Shown here one piece after another: positions 23,897 to 31,713 of a stretch of 32,000 nt of DNA. The DNA is from Pirellula staleyi DSM 6068 (lineage in GTDB: Bacteria; Planctomycetota; Planctomycetia; Pirellulales; Pirellulaceae): contig CP001848.1 in assembly GCA_000025185.1 (NCBI GenBank), positions 3,150,001-3,182,000 on the forward strand, given 5' to 3'. Made by a program: the position numbers and the translations under genes. Each line of letters opens with the position of its first letter. Position 1 is the stretch's first letter. Below the pieces are notes generated by a model. The model made no database searches, was not told the DNA's origin, and saw only the letters and a program-made list of their open reading frames with translations.

Positions 23897-25306
23897 TCAC
23901 TCTTCTTCTTCGGCTTGCAGACCGTATTCGTCGATCTTTTTGCGAACGGTCGTGCGATGCATACCCAGAATACGGGCTGCCGTGGCACACTGTCCTTTGC
24001 ATTTCTTGAGGACAGCTTCCAGCAGCGGCGGCTCGACCAGTTTGAGCAGTTCTTCGTAAAGCTCGCCAGTTTCGCCCGCTTCTTTGACCCGCGCGAGGGC
24101 CCATTCACGAAGGCGCGTGGTGATCTGATCGCGCTCGTCACCGGTGTTCGCTGGTGATGTTCGTGGCACCGCAATCGAGGCTGGTAAATGCTCGCTCAGA
24201 ATCACACCATCGCGCGCAACGATCATGGCATGCTCGATGGCGCTACGTAGCTCGCGAATGTTGCCAGGCCAGTGTCGCGAGCGAATTTCCTTCATCGCTT
24301 CGGGAGCAAATTGAAGCGCCCGGCCAGCCATCGATGCAAAGTGCTGCGCGAGGAGTTGCACGTCGTCGCCACGATCGCGTAGCGGAGGCAACGTGATCTG
24401 AAATGTGCAAAGTCGATAGTACAGATCGTGCCGAAACTGGCCACTTGCCACGAGCGCGGGAAGGTCCTGATGCGTAGCAGAAACCAGGCGAAAACGGGTC
24501 TTTTTGGTCTGGCCGCTTCCCACTGGCATCACTTCGCCGTGATCGAGCGTGCGCAAAAGTTTCACTTGCACAGGAAGGGGAATATCGGCCACTTCGTCGA
24601 GGAATAGCGTGCCGCCGTCGGCTGCCAGCAGCAACCCTTCGTGCGCATGATCGGCTCCAGTGAACGAGCCTCGTGTGTGTCCGAAAAGTTCGCTCTCGAC
24701 GAGCGACGGATTGAGGGCAGCGATATTCACAGGAACGAATGGACCGCTCGCTCGGTCGCTATAGCGATGAATCGCGCGTGCAACCAGTTCCTTGCCTGTG
24801 CCACTTTCGCCCGAGACCAGCACGCAGGCTTCGCTGGCGGCTACCAGCGCGATGCGCTTGAACACTTCCTGCATGGCGAGCGATTGCCCTACCAAGCCAT
24901 CGGTTTGTGAACTGCGATGAAGGTTTGCCGGCTCGGCAGGAGCGGCTTTTTGCGCCAGCAGCTTCGCGAGGAGTTGCTCGATTTGAGTTAGGTCAAACGG
25001 CTTTAAGAGATACTCTCGCGCGCCGCCACGAACCGCTTCCACTGCTGTCGACAAATCGCCGTGCGCGGTCATGATCACCACCGGCGCGCCATGCAGCAGT
25101 GGATGCAGCTGTTTCAAGGCAGTCAGACCGTCCATCCCAGGCAGACGAACATCCAGCATCACGAGATCGTAGGGAGCTGTTCCGGCGAGCGCAATCCCTT
25201 GCTCCGCCGACGAAGCGATTTGCACTTCGTGCCCGAGTCGCTTGCCCAGTTGTTTGAGACCCCAGCAAATGCTTGGCTCGTCATCGACTACCAGCAACTT
25301 CGCCAT
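23897..25306 (-). CDS. Sigma-54-dependent Fis-family response regulator (NtrC class)
   Basis: The receiver domain is MAKLLVVDDE...DLVMLDVRLPGMDG. The AAA+ core has Walker A SGESGTGKE, the GAFTGA-type loop GSFTGA, and LFLDEV. The C-terminal Fis HTH is AARILGMHRTTVRKKI. Confidence 0.92.
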   Translation of the reverse strand: MAKLLVVDDEPSICWGLKQLGKRLGHEVQIASSAEQGIALAGTAPYDLVMLDVRLPGMDGLTALKQLHPLLHGAPVVIMTAHGDLSTAVEAVRGGAREYLLKPFDLTQIEQLLAKLLAQKAAPAEPANLHRSSQTDGLVGQSLAMQEVFKRIALVAASEACVLVSGESGTGKELVARAIHRYSDRASGPFVPVNIAALNPSLVESELFGHTRGSFTGADHAHEGLLLAADGGTLFLDEVADIPLPVQVKLLRTLDHGEVMPVGSGQTKKTRFRLVSATHQDLPALVASGQFRHDLYYRLCTFQITLPPLRDRGDDVQLLAQHFASMAGRALQFAPEAMKEIRSRHWPGNIRELRSAIEHAMIVARDGVILSEHLPASIAVPRTSPANTGDERDQITTRLREWALARVKEAGETGELYEELLKLVEPPLLEAVLKKCKGQCATAARILGMHRTTVRKKIDEYGLQAEEEE

Positions 25307-26711
25307 GCGGCACATCACTTACAAGAAGAGGAAGCGTGACGAAAAAATGGGTTTGATGCTGCTCGCGCGACCAGCGAATCTCACCCCCATGAGCCGCCGC
25401 CGTTTGTTTGGCAACGCACAGCCCTAGCCCAGTCCCTTGCGGCTTATCGGTCGCGAAAGGCTCGAACATTTTGGCGGCCGCGAATTCGGAAACGCCGCTC
25501 CCATTATCGATGATCTCGATCTCGCACGACGTAGGACGCTCGCTATGCAAACGGATCTCCACCGCGCCAGTTCCACTAAGATTGCGGCGATCGGCGGCTG
25601 CCTCAATCGCGTTCATCAGCAGGTTGATCACCATCTGCTGCAGCGACGGCGCGTCGCCCCGCATCGGTACAGGCAGGTCACCGAGTGATGTCGCCAGCTC
25701 AATTCCGAGGTGCGATGCCGTGGGGGTCACCAAAGGGATGAGATCGAGCAACGTTTGCCGCAAATCGATCGGCTGTAGTTCGCGTGTTTCCTTGCGTCCG
25801 AGCGTCAGCAGCCGCTGTACGTACGACTCGATGAGCGACAGCTGCTGGGTGGCCACTTCCAGCGACTCGTGGTTGGCATCGATATCGGCGCGACCACTTT
25901 CGAGATCCCGTTCCAGCAGATCGAGTGCCAGGCGACAGCCGGTGGCCGCGTTGCGAACCTGATGGGCAATGCCGCCTCCTAGTTGCCCCAAGGTTCGAAG
26001 ACGTTCGCTCCGACGGATCTCTTCTTCGTAATCAGCCAGACGCTGAGCCATTTGATTGATCGCCTGACCGAGCCGGTGGACTTCGTCGTCGATGCTGGTC
26101 TCAGGCATTTGCCGATAATCGCCCGCTGCGATCTGCGTCACTTGTTTCTGCAGCTGATCGATGGGACCAGTGACGCGGAGAGCCACGACGTAAGCCGCCG
26201 CAATCGTGAGGGCAATGGCAACCGCGCCGATGGCAAGGGGGGGCCAGATCGCTTGAAAACGAGCAGCTCGCCACGCTTTCGCCGGGTAGAACGCGTGCAG
26301 CTGAAGCTGCGAGCCTCCCACGGCACGCCGATCGAGGATCGCTGGAAAATGGATCAGCTCGACATCGTCGCCGGCAAGTTTCGCGACAATCGAAGCCCCG
26401 CGTCCGTGCGACTGGAGCGTGGCGGTGTCCAGTTGCAGCAGCTCGTCGGAACTCGCGGCTGTCGCTGCGCCATCGAGCGTGGCGATCAGATATTCGGCCC
26501 CTGTTAAGCCGCGTGCCTGCTTTAGAACCGACGATTCGAGTGGAAAGTTCGTAGCGGCGAGCGTGCGCACGACGTCAGCCTGCTGCTCGTCCACTTCGGC
26601 AATCACTTGCCGCGATGCGAGATAGGCATTCATGACGCTCACCACCAGCACCGCAGCCAGCACCACGCTGACCATCGGCAACAGGATTTGGCGGCGAAGT
26701 GGCCACCGCAT
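25281..26711 (-). CDS. Sensor histidine kinase (two TM segments, HAMP, HisKA, HATPase_c)
   Basis: The start is chosen at ATG 26711 (MRWPLRRQILLPMVSVVLAAVLVV); the track ORF starts at TTG 26753. The second TM segment is IWPPLAIGAVAIALTIAAAYVVAL. The HAMP region reads ...GPIDQLQKQVTQIAAGDY.... The H-box is GGIAHQVRNAAT. The N/G boxes are NLLMNAIEA, DNGSGV and GTGLGL. Its 3' end overlaps the response-regulator start by 26 nt. Confidence 0.88.
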   Translation of the reverse strand: MRWPLRRQILLPMVSVVLAAVLVVSVMNAYLASRQVIAEVDEQQADVVRTLAATNFPLESSVLKQARGLTGAEYLIATLDGAATAASSDELLQLDTATLQSHGRGASIVAKLAGDDVELIHFPAILDRRAVGGSQLQLHAFYPAKAWRAARFQAIWPPLAIGAVAIALTIAAAYVVALRVTGPIDQLQKQVTQIAAGDYRQMPETSIDDEVHRLGQAINQMAQRLADYEEEIRRSERLRTLGQLGGGIAHQVRNAATGCRLALDLLERDLESGRADIDANHESLEVATQQLSLIESYVQRLLTLGRKETRELQPIDLRQTLLDLIPLVTPTASHLGIELATSLGDLPVPMRGDAPSLQQMVINLLMNAIEAAADRRNLSGTGAVEIRLHSERPTSCEIEIIDNGSGVSEFAAAKMFEPFATDKPQGTGLGLCVAKQTAAAHGGEIRWSREQHQTHFFVTLPLLVSDVPHGEVAGSR

Positions 26712-26865
26712 ACGAAAGCTCCAAGGAATCAGTCGCTCGATCGGAAGGATCAAGCCGTTCCTTGTATCGTAGTTGCCACGCGTCCCCTTTGCCCATCGCT
26801 AGGGGGACCGATTGCCTGAAACTTTTGACTCTACAAGCCAGCAGCAAATGCCGCCGGAGCAGCAA

Positions 26866-28071
26866 CTAGCGGTCGATTTCGCCCATCACGATGTCGAGCG
26901 AACCGACGATTGCGGGGACGTCGGCGATCAGACAGCCTCGGCAGAGGTCGGCCGTGATCGACAGGTTGCAGAACGAACTGCTACGAGCGCGGACACGCCA
27001 TGGAATCGCGTTGCCATCGCTCACGATGTAGAAACCCATCTGTCCTCGGGGACATTCGGTTTCGAGGTAGGCTTCACCCTTCGGAAGTTTCGTGGTGAGC
27101 TTGATCGGCTGACCCCAGTCGCCCGAAGCGGTGCTGTAGCGTTCAATCGCTTGACGCACGAGGTCGATCGACTGCACCACTTCCAGCATGCGGACGTAGA
27201 ATCGGTGCCAGCAGTCGCCAAGCACAGCTTCCTTGGGAACCGGTGGATAATCGTGGTCCGCAGGGTAGTGGCCATTGCGGCTGACGATCACCTCAAACGC
27301 ATACCCATCGTACATCTCGGTGTAGCGTTCTTCGCCATCGCGACGCAGATCGTAATCGACACCGCTGCCACGCAATACCGGGCCTGTGCAGCCGTAGTCG
27401 ATGGCCATTTCGGCCGACATGATGCCGATTGCCGCGGTCCGTTTCACGAAGATCGAGTTCGTGGTGAGCAGGGCATGATATTCCTGAATCACCGGTTCGA
27501 ACTGCTTGAGGAACTCTTCGCACTTCTGCAGCCAGCCTTTGGGCAGGTCCGCTGTTGCCCCACCAGGCGTGAGGTAGCTGTAGGTAAGTCGAGCGCCGCA
27601 GGCCTCTTCGAACAGGTCTAGAATCTTTTCGCGTTCTCGGAAGGCGTACAGGAACGGGCTGAAGGTCCCCAGGTCGAGGCCGTAAGCACCCATCCCCACC
27701 AAGTGGCTCGCAATGCGGCCCATCTCGGCGATGATCACGCGCAAATGGCGAGCCTTCTCGGAAATCTGATGTCCCAGGAGCTTCTCGACCGTGAGTGCCC
27801 AGCCGAGATTCATGTTCATCGCCGCCAGGTAGTCCATGCGGTCGGTGTACGGAATCCACTGACGGGGTGTCAGGTTTTCACCAATCTTTTCGGCACAGCG
27901 ATGCAGGTATCCGAGGTGGGGTTCGACCTGCGATACGATTTCACCATCGGTACGCAGCACCAGCCGCAGCACACCGTGGGTACTCGGGTGCTGAGGTCCC
28001 ATGTTGACGAGCATTTCGTCGGTGCGAACGTCGAATTCGACTACGCGTGGATCGTCGAGATTGATGGACAT
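26866..28071 (-). CDS. nuoD: NADH-quinone oxidoreductase subunit D
   Basis: NMGPQHPSTHGVLRLVL, LGYLHRCAEKI, the C-terminal ECPRGQMGFYIVSDG and ADVPAIVGSLDIVMGEIDR are canonical NuoD/49-kDa sequences. Confidence 0.95.
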   Translation of the reverse strand: MSINLDDPRVVEFDVRTDEMLVNMGPQHPSTHGVLRLVLRTDGEIVSQVEPHLGYLHRCAEKIGENLTPRQWIPYTDRMDYLAAMNMNLGWALTVEKLLGHQISEKARHLRVIIAEMGRIASHLVGMGAYGLDLGTFSPFLYAFREREKILDLFEEACGARLTYSYLTPGGATADLPKGWLQKCEEFLKQFEPVIQEYHALLTTNSIFVKRTAAIGIMSAEMAIDYGCTGPVLRGSGVDYDLRRDGEERYTEMYDGYAFEVIVSRNGHYPADHDYPPVPKEAVLGDCWHRFYVRMLEVVQSIDLVRQAIERYSTASGDWGQPIKLTTKLPKGEAYLETECPRGQMGFYIVSDGNAIPWRVRARSSSFCNLSITADLCRGCLIADVPAIVGSLDIVMGEIDR

Positions 28072-28155
28072 CGATACGTTGCCTTCGGATCAAAATCGCG
28101 AGTAACTATTTCCCGCGTGAATTGGTGCAATGTTGGTGCGGTGCTGGGGCTGCGT

Positions 28156-28686
28156 TTACCGACCTCGGATGCCGTGATAGTCGAGCGGCATTTCGTAGTC
28201 CTTGCGAAGTGGATAGCCGATCCAGTCTTCGGGGCAAAGGATGCGTCGCAGATCAGGGTGCCCGACGAAGTCGATCCCCGAGAGATCGAACACTTCCCGT
28301 TCGTGCCAGTCGGCGGTGCGCCAGATGTCAGACACGGTGGGAACTTGGGGGCATTGGCCCGGGACATCGTCCTTCCATCGCGGCAGCATGACCTTCAGCA
28401 CCAGCGAGTGCTTTTTGGTGATGCTCGAAAGGTGATAAACCAACTCGATGTGTGGCGAGAAGGTGGCCTTGGCTGCCTTCTTGGGATCGGGCTCGAAGTA
28501 GTCGACTGCCGTAATGCAGTTGCAGAAGTTCAGCTGCAGTTCAGCGTCGACTTTGAGAAACTTCGAAACGTCGCGAATCGCTTCGGGGGCGACTTCGATC
28601 CAAGGATCGATAGCATCGAAGTTGGCGCCGACAATCTTGTCGCCAAATTGCTTTTTCAGTCGATCGAGAAGGGTGGGGCCACTCAT
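28156..28686 (-). CDS. nuoC: NADH-quinone oxidoreductase subunit C
   Basis: The 30-kDa subunit pattern is present: ...ITAVDY...ELVYHLSS...VPTVSDIWRTADWHEREVFDLSGIDFVGHPDLRRIL...WIGYPLRKDY. Confidence 0.92.
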   Translation of the reverse strand: MSGPTLLDRLKKQFGDKIVGANFDAIDPWIEVAPEAIRDVSKFLKVDAELQLNFCNCITAVDYFEPDPKKAAKATFSPHIELVYHLSSITKKHSLVLKVMLPRWKDDVPGQCPQVPTVSDIWRTADWHEREVFDLSGIDFVGHPDLRRILCPEDWIGYPLRKDYEMPLDYHGIRGR

Positions 28687-28753
28687 GCTTGCGTACTCTT
28701 ATCGTAGGACTTGCCAGCGGCTAAGTCGGCGGGTGTAAACGGAGCTCTCCAGC

Positions 28754-29431
28754 TTAGGCTGAGAGGGCAGCTTCTTCTTCGAGTGGATCTTGCGTACGGG
28801 ACTTGATCGGAGCTTCGCTACGTTCTTTCGAAACCGCACGGACCCAGTCGAGGTCGCCACGCTTCCAGACGTAAGCAAATCCGATGAGCAGCACCGCGAA
28901 GAAGGCACCGATATCGATGATCGTAAGCCAAGCCAGTGTCCGGGCTCCTGCGTGAATGCGGGCCGAAGCAATCGCTGCTTCATCGCCAGTCGTAGGCACA
29001 GCGGAGGCGAGCGCCGGGGGTGTTGTGGTAGGAACGGTCGGGTTGCGAACACCAAGTTCTTTGTAGATGCCAGCGGCGGCTGGAGTGAGCTCGAGCTCTC
29101 CGTTCTCAGCCACTTGCACCACTTGAACATCGTCCTTCATCAGGGTGGTGGTTTTGCCAAACACAGCTGCCCAGGGAAAGAAGAACGCCACTTCCACATC
29201 AAAGATGATGAAGAGCAGAGCGACCACATAAAACCGAAGATCGAACTGGACGAAGCTGCTGCCGATCGTTGGCTCGCCGCACTCGTAGATCTCCAGTTTC
29301 TCTTGGTGAGGGTTCGAAGGGCGGACGAACAGGCCGACCAACAAGTTCACAAACAAGAAGGTGACGCCAACGCCGGCGAAAACGGCCAGATACGCAACGA
29401 TTCCAAGCGTCGTGGCTACTGCTGGTGACAT
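28754..29431 (-). CDS. nuoA: NADH-quinone oxidoreductase subunit A with a long internal insertion and a C-terminal tail
   Basis: The NuoA core is present: KLEIYECGEPTIGSSFVQFDLRFYVVALLFIIFDVEVAFFFPWA and the last TM segment FFAVLLIGFAYVWKRGDLDW. The start is chosen at ATG 29431; the track ORF starts at TTG 29440. About 70 extra residues separate TM2 and TM3. Confidence 0.88.
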   Translation of the reverse strand: MSPAVATTLGIVAYLAVFAGVGVTFLFVNLLVGLFVRPSNPHQEKLEIYECGEPTIGSSFVQFDLRFYVVALLFIIFDVEVAFFFPWAAVFGKTTTLMKDDVQVVQVAENGELELTPAAAGIYKELGVRNPTVPTTTPPALASAVPTTGDEAAIASARIHAGARTLAWLTIIDIGAFFAVLLIGFAYVWKRGDLDWVRAVSKERSEAPIKSRTQDPLEEEAALSA

Positions 29432-29459
29432 TGGCGGCAATCTCTTTCAGTATCGCTAG

Positions 29460-29477
29460 TTCGAACCGAGGTTCGAA
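29460..29477. promoter_or_regulatory. 18-bp perfect palindrome TTCGAACC-GA-GGTTCGAA, 29-46 nt upstream of the nuoA start
   Basis: Read directly from agTTCGAACCgaGGTTCGAAgt. The 8-bp arms are exact reverse complements. Confidence 0.4.
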
Positions 29478-29554
29478 GTCAGGGCGAGCTTCGTGCTGAT
29501 GTGGGCGTAGTTGTTCGGTTTGACTGGGGACTAAGTGTGACCCGTTACCGAGTA

Positions 29555-30022
29555 TTAATTATCACCGGAGGCAGTGGTGCAGGGGCCGCCAGGAAGGCTT
29601 TCAGCCGTTAGTGAGGTGCGATCACTATAGGTGGCGTCGAGTTCGTGAAAGTAGAGGACTTCAGGGTCTCCCACTTTCCAGCAGAGGAAGACCGCTCGGC
29701 CATCGAGTTTGGCAGGAAAATCGACGATGCCATCGACAGCTGCTCGCGGATAAACACCTAGGTCTTCGAGTTCGGTGACGTACTCGCGAAGTCGCTCGGC
29801 GTCGCGAGCCAGTTCTGCTTCTACTTGAGCCAGTTCTTCGGAGTAGACATCGCCGGTTTTGCGGGTTCGGCCTGCGGTGATTACCGCCAGACGTTCGCGT
29901 CGCTCGACGAGTTCGCGAGCGAGGTTGGCCATGTCGGTAGCAATGGCACGCACCAAAGGGAGCATGCTGTTGGCCTGCTCGATGGTGAACAGTCTCTGAG
30001 GTTTCACTTCATCCGCAACCAT
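29555..30022 (-). CDS. DUF2203-like protein (function unknown) embedded between nuoI and nuoA
   Basis: It is 155 aa. The N-terminal FTIEQANSMLPLVRAIATDM... is followed by a long helical, charged segment and then a beta-rich C-terminus (GIVDFPAKLDGRAVFLCWKVGDPEVLYFHELD). The pattern matches my recollection of DUF2203 (PF09969) and was not verified by search. Confidence 0.65.
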   Translation of the reverse strand: MVADEVKPQRLFTIEQANSMLPLVRAIATDMANLARELVERRERLAVITAGRTRKTGDVYSEELAQVEAELARDAERLREYVTELEDLGVYPRAAVDGIVDFPAKLDGRAVFLCWKVGDPEVLYFHELDATYSDRTSLTAESLPGGPCTTASGDN

Positions 30023-30113
30023 AGTCGACCTACGCTTCTATAAAGCGAATCCGTGGGCAAAAGCGATTCACTACCTCAACTTCTCTTCAATTACATCGAT
30101 CTATTTCTACTCT

Positions 30114-30148
30114 TCGCGGAAAGTCGGTTTCAGGCAACTTTTCCGCGA
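30114..30148 (-). other. 9-bp stem-loop in the AT-richer 180-nt nuoI / DUF2203 spacer
   Basis: tcgcggaaa (30114-30122) and tttccgcga (30140-30148) are exact complements with a 17-nt loop. No U-tract follows on the minus strand. Confidence 0.4.
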
Positions 30149-30202
30149 GAATTTCAATCGTGGAGAGGAAAAAACGACAGGACAATTTTCGATCACAAGC
30201 TG

Positions 30203-30730
30203 CTACTGATTCGGTCCGCCGTGGACAGGCTCGGCGATGACTTTCGACTCAGCAACGGCAGTGGGGTTGAGGGTCGAACGGCCCCAGGCCACTTCCAGTG
30301 GAAGTCGCGAGAAGTCGACAATGCAACCATCGCGGCTGTAGCAGCTCAGATCGTGCGTGGCTCCCATGAAAATGCAATCGACCGGGCAGGGCTCGACGCA
30401 CAATGCACAAAACATGCACTTCGAATAATCGATGGCAAAACCGGTGATTTTGAAGCCTTTGCTCCCCTCGACCCGCTCTTTACCGATGTAAATGCAGTCG
30501 ACCGGGCAAGCCTTGGCGCACTGGTCGCAGGCGATGCAGGTGGTGAGGTCGTAGCGATGAAAACCACGATAGCGGGCCGCCACCGGCACGGGCTTTTCGG
30601 GGTACTCAAAACGCTCGGTGAATGTGCCACGCTCAGGCTGATAGGTGATAAGCCAATAGCGGAGCGTGACATACATACCGTGGCCGACGGTGTAGACAGC
30701 CAGATAGATGTTTCGCAGCCAATCCCACAT
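30203..30730 (-). CDS. nuoI: NADH-quinone oxidoreductase subunit I (2x[4Fe-4S] ferredoxin-type)
   Basis: It has two CxxCxxCxxxCP motifs ([12 protein letters not shown] and [12 protein letters not shown]) plus the NuoI-specific N-terminal [18 protein letters not shown]. Confidence 0.88.
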   Translation of the reverse strand: MWDWLRNIYLAVYTVGHGMYVTLRYWLITYQPERGTFTERFEYPEKPVPVAARYRGFHRYDLTTCIACDQCAKACPVDCIYIGKERVEGSKGFKITGFAIDYSKCMFCALCVEPCPVDCIFMGATHDLSCYSRDGCIVDFSRLPLEVAWGRSTLNPTAVAESKVIAEPVHGGPNQ

Positions 30731-30766
30731 AGGAAGTGATCTTCAGCAAGCTGTTGCAGCTACGCG

Positions 30767-30780
30767 GGTTCGGAAGAACC
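30767..30780. promoter_or_regulatory. Inverted repeat GGTTC-GGAA-GAACC, 37-50 nt upstream of the nuoI start
   Basis: Read directly from cgGGTTCggaaGAACCttcg. It uses the same GGTTC/GAACC half-sites as the nuoA-upstream palindrome, but with the half-sites in the reverse order. Confidence 0.3.
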
Positions 30781-31515
30781 TTCGTGGCAGCATGGTTGGT
30801 AACAGGCGCATTTTTGCCGATCGACTTAGCCGATTATAGGCGGCTGGCGATGGTCCGCAAGCGAGGGTGCTGGCAACGGAATTCCACAAAATCTACCAGT
30901 GCGCGATCGGTTTCCGCACAATCGAGCACACTGACGCAGCTCGCCAAATTCGTCCACTGAAGCCGTAGCTGTCGAAGATACTGATCACAGAACCTCCGAA
31001 AGATGGTTTTACAATTGTAGTTTCGACAGGCTTTTCGAGGGTGCATCGGCGGTTGTGGGGTGAAAACGAATTTCACCGCGAGTTGTCTGGCATAATGGAA
31101 CTACAGATACCACCTGAAGTAGCGTGCTCGCTAGCGATGGGGGCTTGAATGCTAGCAGATTTTTGGCTGATGCCGCCGAATGTTCCAGGCGTCAAGTCGC
31201 ATGCTATTGGCAGATCGAGAGTTAGGGCGAGAAATGAACTTAGTCAGCTGGGTGTTAAATGGGGCAGTTCTTGCCTTTTGTATCGGGCGCTTTTCCAATA
31301 ATTTTTCGAATTCCCAAGCTTCTGGCGCTTGAATTCTTGACTGGCAGTTTTCGCGATCCACAATAAAACGAAGGCCTACCTTAAACTTGTCCTCTTCGGA
31401 CAGGTAGCGCCTCCTCGCTCGATGGTCCGCTAGCAATTTTGATCAGCGTCTAGCAAATCATTCTCAAGCGTGAGGGGATGCGGCAGGAATCGCTCCGGTA
31501 CGGAAGGAACGCGCC

Positions 31516-31713
31516 ATGTTGGTGCTATCACGGAAAAAGAACGAGAGTATCGTCATCAACAACGACATCACGATTGTGGTGGTCGAGATTCGCGGCGACA
31601 AAGTACGTCTGGGAGTTGAAGCTCCTAAGGAAGTGCCAGTCCACCGCCGCGAGGTCTACGATGCCATTAAGCGTGCCGAAGCTGGTGAGTCGGCTCCCAA
31701 GCCGGCTGAATAG
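31516..31713 (+). CDS. csrA: Carbon storage regulator CsrA (RNA-binding translational regulator)
   Basis: MLVLSRKKNESIVINNDITIVVVEIRGDKVRLGVEAPKEVPVHRREVY is canonical CsrA/RsmA. Confidence 0.93.
   Translation: MLVLSRKKNESIVINNDITIVVVEIRGDKVRLGVEAPKEVPVHRREVYDAIKRAEAGESAPKPAE

Noticed and set aside
27703-28707. 334-aa plus-strand ORF spanning the nuoD/nuoC junction
   Set aside because: It is antisense to two canonical complex-I genes and crosses their intergenic spacer. It has no motifs, so it is a shadow ORF.
30834-31436. Two small minus-strand ORFs (30834..31076, 80 aa, GTG start; 31152..31436, 94 aa, TTG start) as candidate genes
   Set aside because: Neither has an ATG start or a Shine-Dalgarno sequence. 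Their codon usage is atypical for this window, and I recognise no family. They are not reported as features, but the region is flagged as a finding.
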